From: a virus
Lineage: Duplodnaviria > Caudoviricetes
Reading direction: 5' to 3' (one strand)
DNA: 43,595 bases
IMG/VR virus record: IMGVR_UViG_3300010158_005116
Span: 1 to 43,595 of that record
Positions within the stretch are counted from its first letter, which is position 1, and every line of letters starts with the position of its first letter. The notes beneath the pieces were generated by a model that saw only the letters and a program-made list of their open reading frames with translations, was not told where the DNA came from and made no database searches. Of the stretch, positions 1 to 10,059 are shown piece after piece. Both the position numbers and the translations under genes were made by a program.

Positions 1-183
1 CACGGAAAATTTCAAACCATTTGTTGTTTTGATATGAAAATCTATGTGTCGAATTTCTTCGGCTTCAGAAGAACGCCAAATTTCGTATTCATATTTTTTT
101 GCAGTTTCAAAAAAAGAAGACTCAGCATTTTCGCCTAAAACAAACGCTTCTCCAGTGGTATCTCTTTTGTTTAAATAAGCCAT
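1..183 (-). CDS. Partial ORF running off the window edge; possible PD-(D/E)xK-type nuclease
   Basis: Manual translation from ATG at 183 gives MAYLNKRDTTGEAFVLGENAESSFF...EEIRHIDFHIKTTNGLKFSV, open to the edge. The G-x3-E ... ID...SV pattern resembles the N-terminal half of restriction-endonuclease-fold proteins. Confidence 0.5.
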   Translation of the reverse strand, partial: MAYLNKRDTTGEAFVLGENAESSFFETAKKYEYEIWRSSEAEEIRHIDFHIKTTNGLKFSV

Positions 184-184
184 C

Positions 185-634
185 CTATCTCCAGTATACA
201 GTAATTTTACCGTTATTGTCAATATTTATTTCAGAACCTTTAAGGTGTCGTTTAATATATTTTAAATAAGACTTTAATTTATGTTTTCTTGTAAGTTCAG
301 AATAAAAACCAAGGATTTCAGGATGTTCTTGTTTAAATAATTTTCTAAATTCTGCAAAATAAGTTTTCATTTTTATTTCATCACCAAAACAAAAATCTAT
401 GATTGCCGTGTCTTCTTTGACTGTCAAGGCAGCAAAAAGGCTAATTTTATCATTTTCTTCGCAAACAAACACTTGACAATTGGAAAATAAAAAATCAATA
501 TATTCTTTTATTTTCAAGATGGCCAAGTTTCTAGAAGATTGTTCGCAAAATTCATAAGGCTTGGATTTTAAAAAATAAATGATAATTTTATTTTCTAATT
601 CTTTAGAACAAGTTTTTATTGGTTTAAAATTCAT
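185..634 (-). CDS. Hypothetical protein (149 aa; possibly degenerate GNAT-like fold)
   Basis: ORF 185..715. The internal ATG at 634 (MNFKPIK) avoids overlap with the divergent gene at 668, and the stop abuts the next gene. Confidence 0.6.
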   Translation of the reverse strand: MNFKPIKTCSKELENKIIIYFLKSKPYEFCEQSSRNLAILKIKEYIDFLFSNCQVFVCEENDKISLFAALTVKEDTAIIDFCFGDEIKMKTYFAEFRKLFKQEHPEILGFYSELTRKHKLKSYLKYIKRHLKGSEINIDNNGKITVYWR

Positions 635-653
635 GCCTATTATGTATAATACA

Positions 654-659
654 GTGTAA
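654..659 (+). promoter_or_regulatory. GTGTAA motif 8 nt upstream of the tail-tip operon ATG (putative phage late promoter)
   Basis: gtgtaa-ctaacttt-ATG(668). The same motif and spacing recur at 14426, 25830(-) and 27041. Confidence 0.55.
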
Positions 660-667
660 CTAACTTT

Positions 668-3019
668 ATGGGACAAGGGCAAGATAAAATTGCGAGGAGT
701 TTGATGGAATTGCAACCCACTGCTATTGTAGAGTTATTTCTACTTTATTTCAATACCGTAGATAAAGAAACTTCTTTTATTGCTTTTCATGGTGGAGCGG
801 TTTTTGATAAAGGAATTACTTGGCAAGGAGTTGCTTATTTGCCCATTCCTGTAGAAACAGAAGGGTTTGAAATCAACGCTAATGGAAAAATGGCAAGACC
901 AAAGATCAGGGTCTCTAATAAAGATTATTTCATTACAGATCTTCTATTGCAAAATCAAGACCTACAATTTGCCAAATTAATTAGAAAAAGAACTTTTGTC
1001 AAATACCTAGATGATGTCAATTTTGATGGAGGAAATCCTTGGGGACAAGCAGACTCTTCAGCAGAGATTAGCAATGATACTTACGTAATTAGTCAAAAAG
1101 TATTAGAAAATAAAGTTTTAGTAGAGTTCGAACTTTCTTCTCCCCTTGATTTAGAAAACTTTGAGATCAATAATAGATTAGTTCTTGCTAGATATTGTTC
1201 TTGGTATTATAGAGGAAATGGCTGCAATTATCAAGGCCCGCCGATTGAATCTGAAGCTGGAGTGCCGATAATTATGAATCCCACTTCTATAAATGCATGG
1301 GGCGCGTTAAGCACTACCAGTAAATGGCAAACTGGAATTGCTTACAATAGTGGAGATCCTGTTTATTTAGAAAACAAGAGGATCATTATTCATCCAGATC
1401 GTAATAATTACAGTTTAACAGGAGTGCCGAAAATTTGGTATGTCTGTCAAAGTGGACACACTTCTTCTGATTCTGCGCAACCAGATTTAAATACAACTTA
1501 TTGGCTAAGGGATGGTTGCAATAAAAAGCTAGATGGGTGCAAGAAAAGATTCCAAAATTCTTGGGAACAAGTAATCCCATCGGTACAATATTCTCTTACC
1601 AATAATTTCTTCAGTATGGTTCATAAGAATGGAACTTCTGGATCAAACAATATTGTTCAACAAGCGAGCGTCACGGGTTCTAGTCAAAATATTTCTGGTT
1701 TTGCTGTTTCTAATTTAATCAATGGATCAACAGGATATAGTTCGTCCGCTTTAGATACTGGATATTCTTGGGTTACTACCGCAACAGATACTTCTGGAGT
1801 GGCTACGTTGACTTGGCCAACATTACGCACTATAAATAGAATAGATGTTTATGGAAGACCAATAGCTCCATCTTTCGGTAATGCAAAAATAAGTCTATTT
1901 AGTGGATCTTCTTTGCTCGCGAGCACGGGTTTGTCATCTATAGGTCTAGGAACAAGAAATACTTGGAGTTTTAATCCAACGGGAGTGACTTCAATACAAG
2001 TTAGTGGAGGTGCTGGTATAGGAGGCTATGGAGAAGTTTCTGTATTTGAACCATCTGGAGTAGGATTATACGCTCCATCATTCTCTGGAAGCGGAATACA
2101 CAATAAACAAAACTTTCATATTGGTTCTTGGTTTCAATTCCCCAATGACGTTTCTCAATCCAATCAATTATTAAATATTTTTCATAATGTAAAGCTTAAT
2201 TGTCAATACAGCGGAGTAAATCTCTACACTAGTGGCGGAAGAAATTTAAACTTAGATTTTGCTACAGTAGAAATAAGCGGAAATCCTGCGGTTGCCTACA
2301 CAAGACAAAGAACTTTACAAGTGCCTTGCGATGTGAGAGTTTTGCAACCAATACATATTGAATGTGTTGGAGGACAAGGCACAGGAAGTATTCCAACAGC
2401 TTTTCAAGAAGGATACATAAGAGTAAGAGGGCTTACACAAGATTATAGATATACTCTAAAGCAAAAAAATGCTGGGACAAACTATTCTGGAGAATTCTTT
2501 GTATTTAAAAATAGCTCATATGCGAGTGGAGTAGGAGATTTAAAATTTGGCTTAAATGATTGGCAGTTTTCCGATTCTTTGGCTACTCCTTATAAGACTA
2601 ATTTGGTGTTTTCAAATTTGAAAATTAGTAGCAACTTTATTTTGGGGACTACTGCTGTGTGGACGGGAATACCAATTCAAGCAAAGTACGATGTTTTTAA
2701 TAGGCAAGATACTGATCATGCTGCATATACGGCAGATGTAACTCCTCCTTTCCCAAGGAAATATACAGAAGTGTCTGGGTTAAATTATATGACGGGAGAT
2801 TTATTTGCATGGTGGGGTATGGATTTGAGTAATTCTCCTCCATATGTCATTGCAAGTGATAACTATCCCACGCAAACTGGTTATTTAACTGGAGCATATT
2901 ATGCTGGAATGGACGCCACCAAAACATCTTCGATGTTTCAAAAGGGTTCTATAGTACAGACAAACAAAACATCCCTTCCTTTCGGGGGATTTCCTGGAAC
3001 CGATAAATATGGAGCATAA
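668..3019 (+). CDS. Lambda gpL-like minor tail-tip protein with large inserted domains
   Basis: N-terminal gpL signature (ITWQGVAYLPIPVETEGFE, RPKIRVSN, RKRTFVKYLDDVNF, VEFELSSPLD); four Cys (CSWYYRGNGC ... GCNKKLDGCKKRF); C-terminal LPFGGFPG. At 783 aa it is much longer than typical gpL. Confidence 0.9.
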   Translation: MGQGQDKIARSLMELQPTAIVELFLLYFNTVDKETSFIAFHGGAVFDKGITWQGVAYLPIPVETEGFEINANGKMARPKIRVSNKDYFITDLLLQNQDLQFAKLIRKRTFVKYLDDVNFDGGNPWGQADSSAEISNDTYVISQKVLENKVLVEFELSSPLDLENFEINNRLVLARYCSWYYRGNGCNYQGPPIESEAGVPIIMNPTSINAWGALSTTSKWQTGIAYNSGDPVYLENKRIIIHPDRNNYSLTGVPKIWYVCQSGHTSSDSAQPDLNTTYWLRDGCNKKLDGCKKRFQNSWEQVIPSVQYSLTNNFFSMVHKNGTSGSNNIVQQASVTGSSQNISGFAVSNLINGSTGYSSSALDTGYSWVTTATDTSGVATLTWPTLRTINRIDVYGRPIAPSFGNAKISLFSGSSLLASTGLSSIGLGTRNTWSFNPTGVTSIQVSGGAGIGGYGEVSVFEPSGVGLYAPSFSGSGIHNKQNFHIGSWFQFPNDVSQSNQLLNIFHNVKLNCQYSGVNLYTSGGRNLNLDFATVEISGNPAVAYTRQRTLQVPCDVRVLQPIHIECVGGQGTGSIPTAFQEGYIRVRGLTQDYRYTLKQKNAGTNYSGEFFVFKNSSYASGVGDLKFGLNDWQFSDSLATPYKTNLVFSNLKISSNFILGTTAVWTGIPIQAKYDVFNRQDTDHAAYTADVTPPFPRKYTEVSGLNYMTGDLFAWWGMDLSNSPPYVIASDNYPTQTGYLTGAYYAGMDATKTSSMFQKGSIVQTNKTSLPFGGFPGTDKYGA

Positions 3020-3419
3020 AATAGAACATAAATCAATTTCAGAAATAAAAGATTTTCTAGCTAATCATTCTCATCAAAATATGGGCAATGAAATATGCGG
3101 ATTTATTGGCTTTAATTTAGAAACAAAAAAGTTTATAGCAACCATAGAAAAGAACGAAGCTGTAGACACAAGATCTTTCTTTTCTATTAGTCCCGTAAGC
3201 TATTTGAATTTTAAAAATTCATGTTCTATGCTTGGGGTCTTTCATAGTCATATCATGGGGGATGAGAATCCTTCGGAATTTGACATTAAAATGTCAGAAG
3301 CTTGCTGTTTATCTTTCATCATATTTTCTATCAATAGTCAAAATTTTAGCATTTATGAGCCGTCAATCAAAGATTACGATGTAAAACTATTGGACAAATT
3401 AAAGAAAAAACTAAAATGA
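3009..3419 (+). CDS. JAB/MPN metalloprotease, gpK-like tail assembly protein (no NlpC/P60 domain)
   Basis: EICGFI ... FHSHIMGDENPSEFD matches the JAMM motif E...HxH-x7-S-x2-D; it lies between L and I. Confidence 0.88.
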   Translation: MEHKIEHKSISEIKDFLANHSHQNMGNEICGFIGFNLETKKFIATIEKNEAVDTRSFFSISPVSYLNFKNSCSMLGVFHSHIMGDENPSEFDIKMSEACCLSFIIFSINSQNFSIYEPSIKDYDVKLLDKLKKKLK

Positions 3420-4069
3420 CAGCAATAACCCTACATGGAATTTTAGCAATAGAATTTGGTAAAACAATGAATATGGATATTCGCAAACCCAAAGAGGTTA
3501 TTGATGCCATAACCATGAACAAGCCGTCTTTTAAGAGAAGAATTATTGAATTGGCTCAACAAGGAATTCATTATTCTTTAGTGATTGACGGGGAAGATGT
3601 AAAAAAGAGAGAACAGTTAGAAATAAAGAAAAAAATATTACAGATAGATATTGTGCCAATCATATGTGGGAAAGGACCATTACTATTGGTCATAGGGCCA
3701 ATATTGATGGCAATAGGGACTTTTGCAGAAATTTCTGCAACGACCGCAACAATATTAACGACTTTGGGAGGGATGGCATTAAGCATTGGATTGCAAATGG
3801 TTCTTGCGCCAAAACCTGAAACAAAGAAACTAGAGTCAACAGTAGGAGCGTCAAAGCAATCTTTTTTATTATCCAGCAAAGCAAATCTAGCCTCACAAGG
3901 CAACACAGTTCCAACTGGATACGGAAGATTAAGAGTCGGTTCTGCAAATATTCAATTTTGCGTTAAATCTTATCCTCAAAAATTAGGATCAACCCAAACC
4001 ATAACCAACTTAAACAAAGCTGCTAATTCGGCAGTACAATCTTCATCAAGCTCAATCATATCAATATGA
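3416..4069 (+). CDS. Lambda gpI-like tail assembly protein (ubiquitin-like N-domain, hydrophobic segment)
   Basis: ITLHGILAIEFG, IDIVPIICG, hydrophobic middle, QGNTVPTGYGRLRVGS; ATGA overlaps with both neighbours. Confidence 0.88.
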   Translation: MTAITLHGILAIEFGKTMNMDIRKPKEVIDAITMNKPSFKRRIIELAQQGIHYSLVIDGEDVKKREQLEIKKKILQIDIVPIICGKGPLLLVIGPILMAIGTFAEISATTATILTTLGGMALSIGLQMVLAPKPETKKLESTVGASKQSFLLSSKANLASQGNTVPTGYGRLRVGSANIQFCVKSYPQKLGSTQTITNLNKAANSAVQSSSSSIISI

Positions 4070-7000
4070 AGCATTTAATTAAAAAGAATTTTCTCCAAGG
4101 AGGCGGCAAAAAGAAGCCGCATATGTCGCCGCCAACATTGAGGCCCCCTCAACTTGGAGCTTTTCAAATATTAAATTCTTATAGCGTCGGAGAAGTTATT
4201 GATTTAATATCTGATGGTCCAATAGAAGGATTAGTAAATCAATATGGTCAAATATTAGGAGGAGGTAGGAGCATTTTGCAAGGAGTATATTTAGATAATA
4301 CGCCCGTGCAAGTTAGCTCTTTGTCTAGTTCTTATTCAAGTAAAGACGCCATGTTTCAATCTGATGTTTCTTCAGCTATGAATTCTTTTGGGAATATTTA
4401 TTTTTCAAATAATAATTATAATTACATTTATCCTGGCGCTCCCCTTCCAGCTTTGCACGTGACTCGTTTCATTAGTGAAATTGGTATAGCAATATCTTTA
4501 AGGGGCGCGGCTTTTAATAATATAATAGCTGCTCCGCAATGGTATTCTCCATTTACATCAAGTTCTGGATGGAGCGGTTCTCCATATACTTATTTTTCGA
4601 ACACATCTAACAAAATAGAATTTCACAGCATAGACATAGGCACAACGGCATTTCAAGCTGACACTCTATTGACAAAATTAAAAACTGATTTGAATTCTGA
4701 CATTAATACCAATATAACGTCTGCACAAAAACAATTGGCCCAAAAAGCTTTAGATAATTTGAACAAATTAATGGTGGATTATAAACCCAATTTATATACC
4801 AATAGATATGTAAATTTCTTTGGAGCAGTAATCGCTGCCAATGCGCCTTCTTTACCCATCAATGATTCAGCAATAGTAGTTATTAGTTTTGGCAATAAAT
4901 CATCCATGACCAAATTGGCAAATGGAGGACAAAGCGATACTTCTGTTAAATATTCCGCCAATGGCGAAATTGATATCGACTTTTATTTAGAAAAATTTCA
5001 AACTGATTTTGCAGGCAAAATATATAAAATGATAGTTCCAGAAGTATCTCAATCAATTAATTCTTCGGGAGCAATAATTCAATCTTATACTGGAAATATT
5101 TATGGATGTATAGTTTTTGCTCTTCCCCAAAAGAAAGTAATAACCTCAACAAGACGGCCTGATAATACTCCTACTGCTGCTGGATACCTGCCAATTCGAC
5201 ACGAAAGATATATTATAGATGATTTTGTTCCATTTAGTTATTCTGGTATAAATTTATTATTCACAAAAAATTCTCAATCAATTGTACCAAAAGCTACCAA
5301 ATACAACTTTTTAAATGTATCTTGCGAATTCAAAAACGGAGAAGAATATCAGAACGAATTACAAGATTTTAAAAATATTTATGTGGATTATGAATATGGA
5401 ACAGAAATGTTTGGACCTTTCATTTTAGATACTGCAGTTCAAAGAATTGTTGGCAATTATACATTAGATAATAGCGGTCCTAAAAATCCATTGTTATCAG
5501 TGCCAATTAACGATATTGACGGTTCTGTGGATTCAAGAGGCACGATAGGAAATTTCTCCAGTTGGAATAAAGATAATATACTTAATGAAGATGCAATTCC
5601 ATTTATTCATACCATTGAGAACCCAAATGTTACTTCTGTATTTTTTACTTTAGCGGTGCTGTCGTTATGCGATACATTAGAACAGAATTATGCGACATAT
5701 CAAGCTGGAGATAAAGTTCCTTCAATAGTCAAGATTCAAGTAGAGTGGGGCAAAGATGTCAATGGAATCAAAACAGTTACTGGATTAAAAAAATACGCAA
5801 TTGTAGCTCTAGTTGATGGTCAGATGATGATAGATTTTGGAACTCCCGAATTGTCAGGATTAGAAGATCAATATTACGGAGCAGTAAGGGACGTCTCGGC
5901 TATTCCTAGTGATGGCGTATTGCCACAAGCTAAAATAGGAGATATTTATAAGCTTCCAGCTTTTGAAGTGGGCGAAGATCCAAGTATAGTAAAAAGATTT
6001 CTTAGGATTACAAAGTTATCCGCAGAAACAAACTCAGTGCTATTGAAGAAAAACATTAGCGTGGCAAAAGTAACAGAGGTAATAGAAAACAATCTGTCTT
6101 ATCCTTTGTCTTCAATTATTGGAATTAAAATTGATGCTCGTTCGTTTGGTGGCATGCCAACACGATCTTTTGATTGTAAATTAAAAAAGGTTCAAGTGCC
6201 TTCTAATTATTTCTGCACCAAAACTGATGGAACGGACAAGAGATATATAGGCGCATCATCAACATCTTATGATGGAAAAAATTTGATCTATATGGGAGAT
6301 TGGGATGGTACATTCAAACTTGAATGGACAGATAATCCTGCGTGGATAATTTATGATCTTTTAACCAGCAAAAGATACGGTCTTGGCGGTTATTTAGACG
6401 AATCCCAAATCAATAAGTGGGAACTTTATAAAATAGGAAGATTCTGTGATGCCGTTGACTCTAATGGATTTTTTCAAGGCGTGTCAGACGGATTTGGAGG
6501 ACTAGAGCCTCGATACTCATGTAATATATTGTTTAAAGAAGGAACGAAAGTATTTGACGCTATTAATATGGTTTCTAGTTTATTTCGCGGAATAGTATTT
6601 TTTAGCAATTCAGAAATTCACTTTTTAGATGACCGTCCAAGAACCCCAATTTCTATTTTTACAAATACAAACGTAAAAGATGGCGTTTTTACTTACACGA
6701 ACAATAGGAGAGACCAACAATTCAACACTATAGAAGTTGCCTATTTAGACAGAATGGATAATTATGTTAGCAAAATAGAATATATTCAAGATGAAGCGGA
6801 TATTAGAAAAAGAGGCATATTCAAAACAGCTATAAACACTCAGGGCGTGACTTCTAGAGCTATGGCCAGAAGAATTGGGCAACATTTAATATATCAAACA
6901 ATTAAAGAAAACCAAAGTGTCGATTTCTCCGCTGGAATTGAATCTTTATTATGCAGGCCTGGAGATTTGATTATTGTAGAAGATGAAATGAAAACGCGGC

Positions 7001-8298
7001 AATCGAATTATGGCAGGATTCTAGCTGTAGATACTATCGCAAAAACTTTGACGATAGATAATACATATGATTCGGGCTCTTATACTGGGAAAATTACAGT
7101 ATTTACTCCAACTGGGTATAAGACCAACGACGATATGTCCGCTATTGCACAAACAAATAGATCTCGTCTTTCTAGTTTTGGCATTATATCTGCAATCGCA
7201 GGAGACACCTCTATTACGGGGAATTATTCGTTCTCTGGTTATGTAGCTGGCTTTCCTTCTGGCAATATTGATGGTCTTCCAGAGCAATTTCCCATATATA
7301 CTGGCATAAATTCTATTGGTCAATCTTTATATTGCTATTATAATACTGGCGCAACAGGTTTTGTGTTTTCCACGGGAAGAGCGTATGCAAACAACAACAC
7401 ATATGACAAAATTATTTCAAGCACTGGATTGTTTGACATTGCTTTAATTCAAAACAACGACACTGGAGCTTTCCCAAGCATATATCAAACTGGATATGCG
7501 TATGATGCTGCTAAATCTTCTAAAAGATCTATTTCAACATCAGGTTCGATGTATGGAGGGTTTAGAATTGATTCAAATTCTTTTCAAGGTATTCTTGAAA
7601 GTGAAATATCCACAGTCAATTATCCACAAACAACCGTATTTAATTTAACAGGATATAATAATTTAGACTATGGTGCAACTATTTATCTGGACAGTGGTGA
7701 CTTAAACATTAATTTGCTTCCTTTCGTATCTCAAGGCAGTCCCTATAGAATTCAAAGAAAAAATGCATCTGACCAAATTTACAAAATCGTAACTATCAGA
7801 GAAAACAGTCAAAATGAATACACAGTTGCCGCCACCAAATATGATACGGGTAAATTTGCCGAAATAGAAAATGCAATCACTCAAGATTTTCTTCCCAACA
7901 CTTATTATGCAGGATCACCAACAGTAAGCAATGCAAACATTAATCAGTTGTCTGCACCAACGATAGCCACATTTACTACTGGAACTACTGGAACAAACAG
8001 CTTTTCATTAACTGGAACTTGGAGTAAGGTGACTGGGGCAAGTAATTACTCAATACAGATATACAACAACATTGCAAATTTTTATCTCTCTTCCTCTACA
8101 ACGGACAATCTAACCACAGGTTATGGAGTTACTGGACTTACTACATTAGGGCAGTGGAATTTGAAGGTTCAAAGCGTTGGAAACAAAAGTACAACTCTTG
8201 ATTCTCCATATGCGCAGACAGGAAAGTTTGTAGCATACTCTTCTTCAGTTATTACTCCATTGTCGAAACCATCAATAACGCAATTCACTTTACTATAA
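4066..8298 (+). CDS. Lambda gpJ-like central tail fibre / tip attachment protein
   Basis: IDLISDGPIEGLV, GVYLDNTPV, WDGTFKLEWTDNPAWIIYDLLTSKRYGLG, EPRYSCN, GVTSRAMARRIG, RPGDLIIVED and a C-terminal FN3-like domain; follows L-K-I. Confidence 0.93.
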   Translation: MKHLIKKNFLQGGGKKKPHMSPPTLRPPQLGAFQILNSYSVGEVIDLISDGPIEGLVNQYGQILGGGRSILQGVYLDNTPVQVSSLSSSYSSKDAMFQSDVSSAMNSFGNIYFSNNNYNYIYPGAPLPALHVTRFISEIGIAISLRGAAFNNIIAAPQWYSPFTSSSGWSGSPYTYFSNTSNKIEFHSIDIGTTAFQADTLLTKLKTDLNSDINTNITSAQKQLAQKALDNLNKLMVDYKPNLYTNRYVNFFGAVIAANAPSLPINDSAIVVISFGNKSSMTKLANGGQSDTSVKYSANGEIDIDFYLEKFQTDFAGKIYKMIVPEVSQSINSSGAIIQSYTGNIYGCIVFALPQKKVITSTRRPDNTPTAAGYLPIRHERYIIDDFVPFSYSGINLLFTKNSQSIVPKATKYNFLNVSCEFKNGEEYQNELQDFKNIYVDYEYGTEMFGPFILDTAVQRIVGNYTLDNSGPKNPLLSVPINDIDGSVDSRGTIGNFSSWNKDNILNEDAIPFIHTIENPNVTSVFFTLAVLSLCDTLEQNYATYQAGDKVPSIVKIQVEWGKDVNGIKTVTGLKKYAIVALVDGQMMIDFGTPELSGLEDQYYGAVRDVSAIPSDGVLPQAKIGDIYKLPAFEVGEDPSIVKRFLRITKLSAETNSVLLKKNISVAKVTEVIENNLSYPLSSIIGIKIDARSFGGMPTRSFDCKLKKVQVPSNYFCTKTDGTDKRYIGASSTSYDGKNLIYMGDWDGTFKLEWTDNPAWIIYDLLTSKRYGLGGYLDESQINKWELYKIGRFCDAVDSNGFFQGVSDGFGGLEPRYSCNILFKEGTKVFDAINMVSSLFRGIVFFSNSEIHFLDDRPRTPISIFTNTNVKDGVFTYTNNRRDQQFNTIEVAYLDRMDNYVSKIEYIQDEADIRKRGIFKTAINTQGVTSRAMARRIGQHLIYQTIKENQSVDFSAGIESLLCRPGDLIIVEDEMKTRQSNYGRILAVDTIAKTLTIDNTYDSGSYTGKITVFTPTGYKTNDDMSAIAQTNRSRLSSFGIISAIAGDTSITGNYSFSGYVAGFPSGNIDGLPEQFPIYTGINSIGQSLYCYYNTGATGFVFSTGRAYANNNTYDKIISSTGLFDIALIQNNDTGAFPSIYQTGYAYDAAKSSKRSISTSGSMYGGFRIDSNSFQGILESEISTVNYPQTTVFNLTGYNNLDYGATIYLDSGDLNINLLPFVSQGSPYRIQRKNASDQIYKIVTIRENSQNEYTVAATKYDTGKFAEIENAITQDFLPNTYYAGSPTVSNANINQLSAPTIATFTTGTTGTNSFSLTGTWSKVTGASNYSIQIYNNIANFYLSSSTTDNLTTGYGVTGLTTLGQWNLKVQSVGNKSTTLDSPYAQTGKFVAYSSSVITPLSKPSITQFTLL

Positions 8299-8299
8299 T

Positions 8300-9436
8300 A
8301 TGTACGAATTTGACACATTTTTTCCTGATGTTACTGGCGATTTGACGCATTCTTATACTGGCAGTGGCGTCCATTTATATGGGGATGTAACTTTTAATTT
8401 TTCGCTATTGGATCAACAGCAGAATTCAATTATCAATGATTATCAGTTGATTAATAATTCTCTAGTTAATGTGGTCGCTTTTGATATTTTAGATACTGGA
8501 GCAAACGTAATATACGCTAATTATAAATCTGGGACAACTAGCAGGAGTTTAACTCTTTCGAAATCTGAAAATGAAAGCATTTTTGGTTATTACCAAAAAG
8601 ACTTTGGGGTAAGAGCTAAAATCACAAACAATATAGATAATTCGGTATTTGCTTCTGACTTTTTTGCTTATGCAAATGTCCCCTTGTTGTCTGGAGCTAC
8701 AATTTCTGACGGTTCTCCACCCACGTATTCATATGGTGTTTGGCTTTCTGGACAACAATCTTTTGACAAAATAGTTGTTGATTTAACTTTAAGCAATTCT
8801 TTAAAATATATAAATATAGATAGATACGATATCTATGCGTCTACTGGTAATGATATATCCCTATACGTTAGTCCATATAGCAAAATATCAGATCATCCAA
8901 ATTATCTTTTTTCTCAACAAGTTGATAAGATTAGCGATATAAATACCATAGTTATTAAACCCACAAATTTAACCTATAACACTAATTACTATTTCACAAT
9001 AGTCCCATATTCTTCTGTGGGATCTGGATATGCTTTTTCTTTTGGGCCGAGTTATTTTGCATCAGAATTAACTGGAAATAATGATTATATAATATCGGCA
9101 AATAAATTTATAGCAACAAGAGGATCTAAAACTTCAGATATTAGTTTGATAACTGGAACGACTGTATCGCCATCATCAATAATAGATAGTATTTTATCTG
9201 GACAGTATTTTACAATAAACTATTTAGCTCAATTTATCAGTGGAACTACACCTATTTCTTATCAAGTACAATGGCAACCTGGACCACTAGGGGGCTTGAT
9301 TACTGGGAGAATAGGAGCTACTGCAATAAATTCTTTTACAACAGGTTCACAAATAATTAGTGGATCTACTTATTACACACTCTCTGCAACCTGTGATGCT
9401 GGATTTGCATATGCATTACACAGAACCGCTCTTTAA
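8300..9436 (+). CDS. Putative virion structural protein with FN3-like domain
   Basis: 378 aa, Ser/Thr/Gly-rich; LTYNTNYYFTIVPYSSVGSG resembles an FN3 C-terminal motif; starts 1 nt after gpJ. Confidence 0.65.
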   Translation: MYEFDTFFPDVTGDLTHSYTGSGVHLYGDVTFNFSLLDQQQNSIINDYQLINNSLVNVVAFDILDTGANVIYANYKSGTTSRSLTLSKSENESIFGYYQKDFGVRAKITNNIDNSVFASDFFAYANVPLLSGATISDGSPPTYSYGVWLSGQQSFDKIVVDLTLSNSLKYINIDRYDIYASTGNDISLYVSPYSKISDHPNYLFSQQVDKISDINTIVIKPTNLTYNTNYYFTIVPYSSVGSGYAFSFGPSYFASELTGNNDYIISANKFIATRGSKTSDISLITGTTVSPSSIIDSILSGQYFTINYLAQFISGTTPISYQVQWQPGPLGGLITGRIGATAINSFTTGSQIISGSTYYTLSATCDAGFAYALHRTAL

Positions 9437-9604
9437 GTCATCATTTGATGCATAAAGCATATCCTTTAACGCAGCCAAAAAGACGGGCCTAGCCTTTTCT
9501 GACAATTTTACATAATTCTTTTTCGCACGGCGATAATTGCGGCGACTAATAGGATCGGTTGGAGGCAAAATTGCTCTTAATTCTTTAGCTATTTTATTAT
9601 TCAT
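9416..9604 (-). CDS. Small basic hypothetical protein (62 aa)
   Basis: Start overlaps the stop of the upstream minus-strand gene (9601-9604), and it fills the gap exactly. Confidence 0.65.
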   Translation of the reverse strand: MNNKIAKELRAILPPTDPISRRNYRRAKKNYVKLSEKARPVFLAALKDMLYASNDDLKSGSV

Positions 9605-10059
9605 AATTTACAGATGTATGTTTCGGAGTCTTTCAAGAACCCCATTTTGTTATAGAATGATTTTATTTTTTCGTATTTAGGATGCTTAACCACGGCAGAC
9701 ATCGACACTGTATCGAATTGATTATTTCTCGCAAACTTTATGGCAGTTTGGAAAAGTTTATAGCCAACTTTTGAATTTTTAGATAGCCATAGAAATTCCG
9801 AGAAGATTTTTTTGCCGAATTTGATATTTTTATCATTTATAAAGATAATCATCGCGTCAAACTTATCGTCAGTTTTATTAGCCCAAACGAAGACTTCCCA
9901 TGCCAAGATAACAGTATGCCCGAGATTCAACTTCATAGACTCTGGACAGTGATTTAAACCTACGTGCCCAGAGTCTATGTCTTCCTCTTTAAACAAAGAG
10001 TAAAGATTGTCAATTACCTGATGAAATTCTTCAGGATTTGTTATTCTTTTTATACTCAT
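9601..10059 (-). CDS. GNAT-family acetyltransferase-like protein
   Basis: C-terminal GYKLFQTAIKFAR...KSFYNKMGF fits GNAT motifs A/B. Confidence 0.65.
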   Translation of the reverse strand: MSIKRITNPEEFHQVIDNLYSLFKEEDIDSGHVGLNHCPESMKLNLGHTVILAWEVFVWANKTDDKFDAMIIFINDKNIKFGKKIFSEFLWLSKNSKVGYKLFQTAIKFARNNQFDTVSMSAVVKHPKYEKIKSFYNKMGFLKDSETYICKL

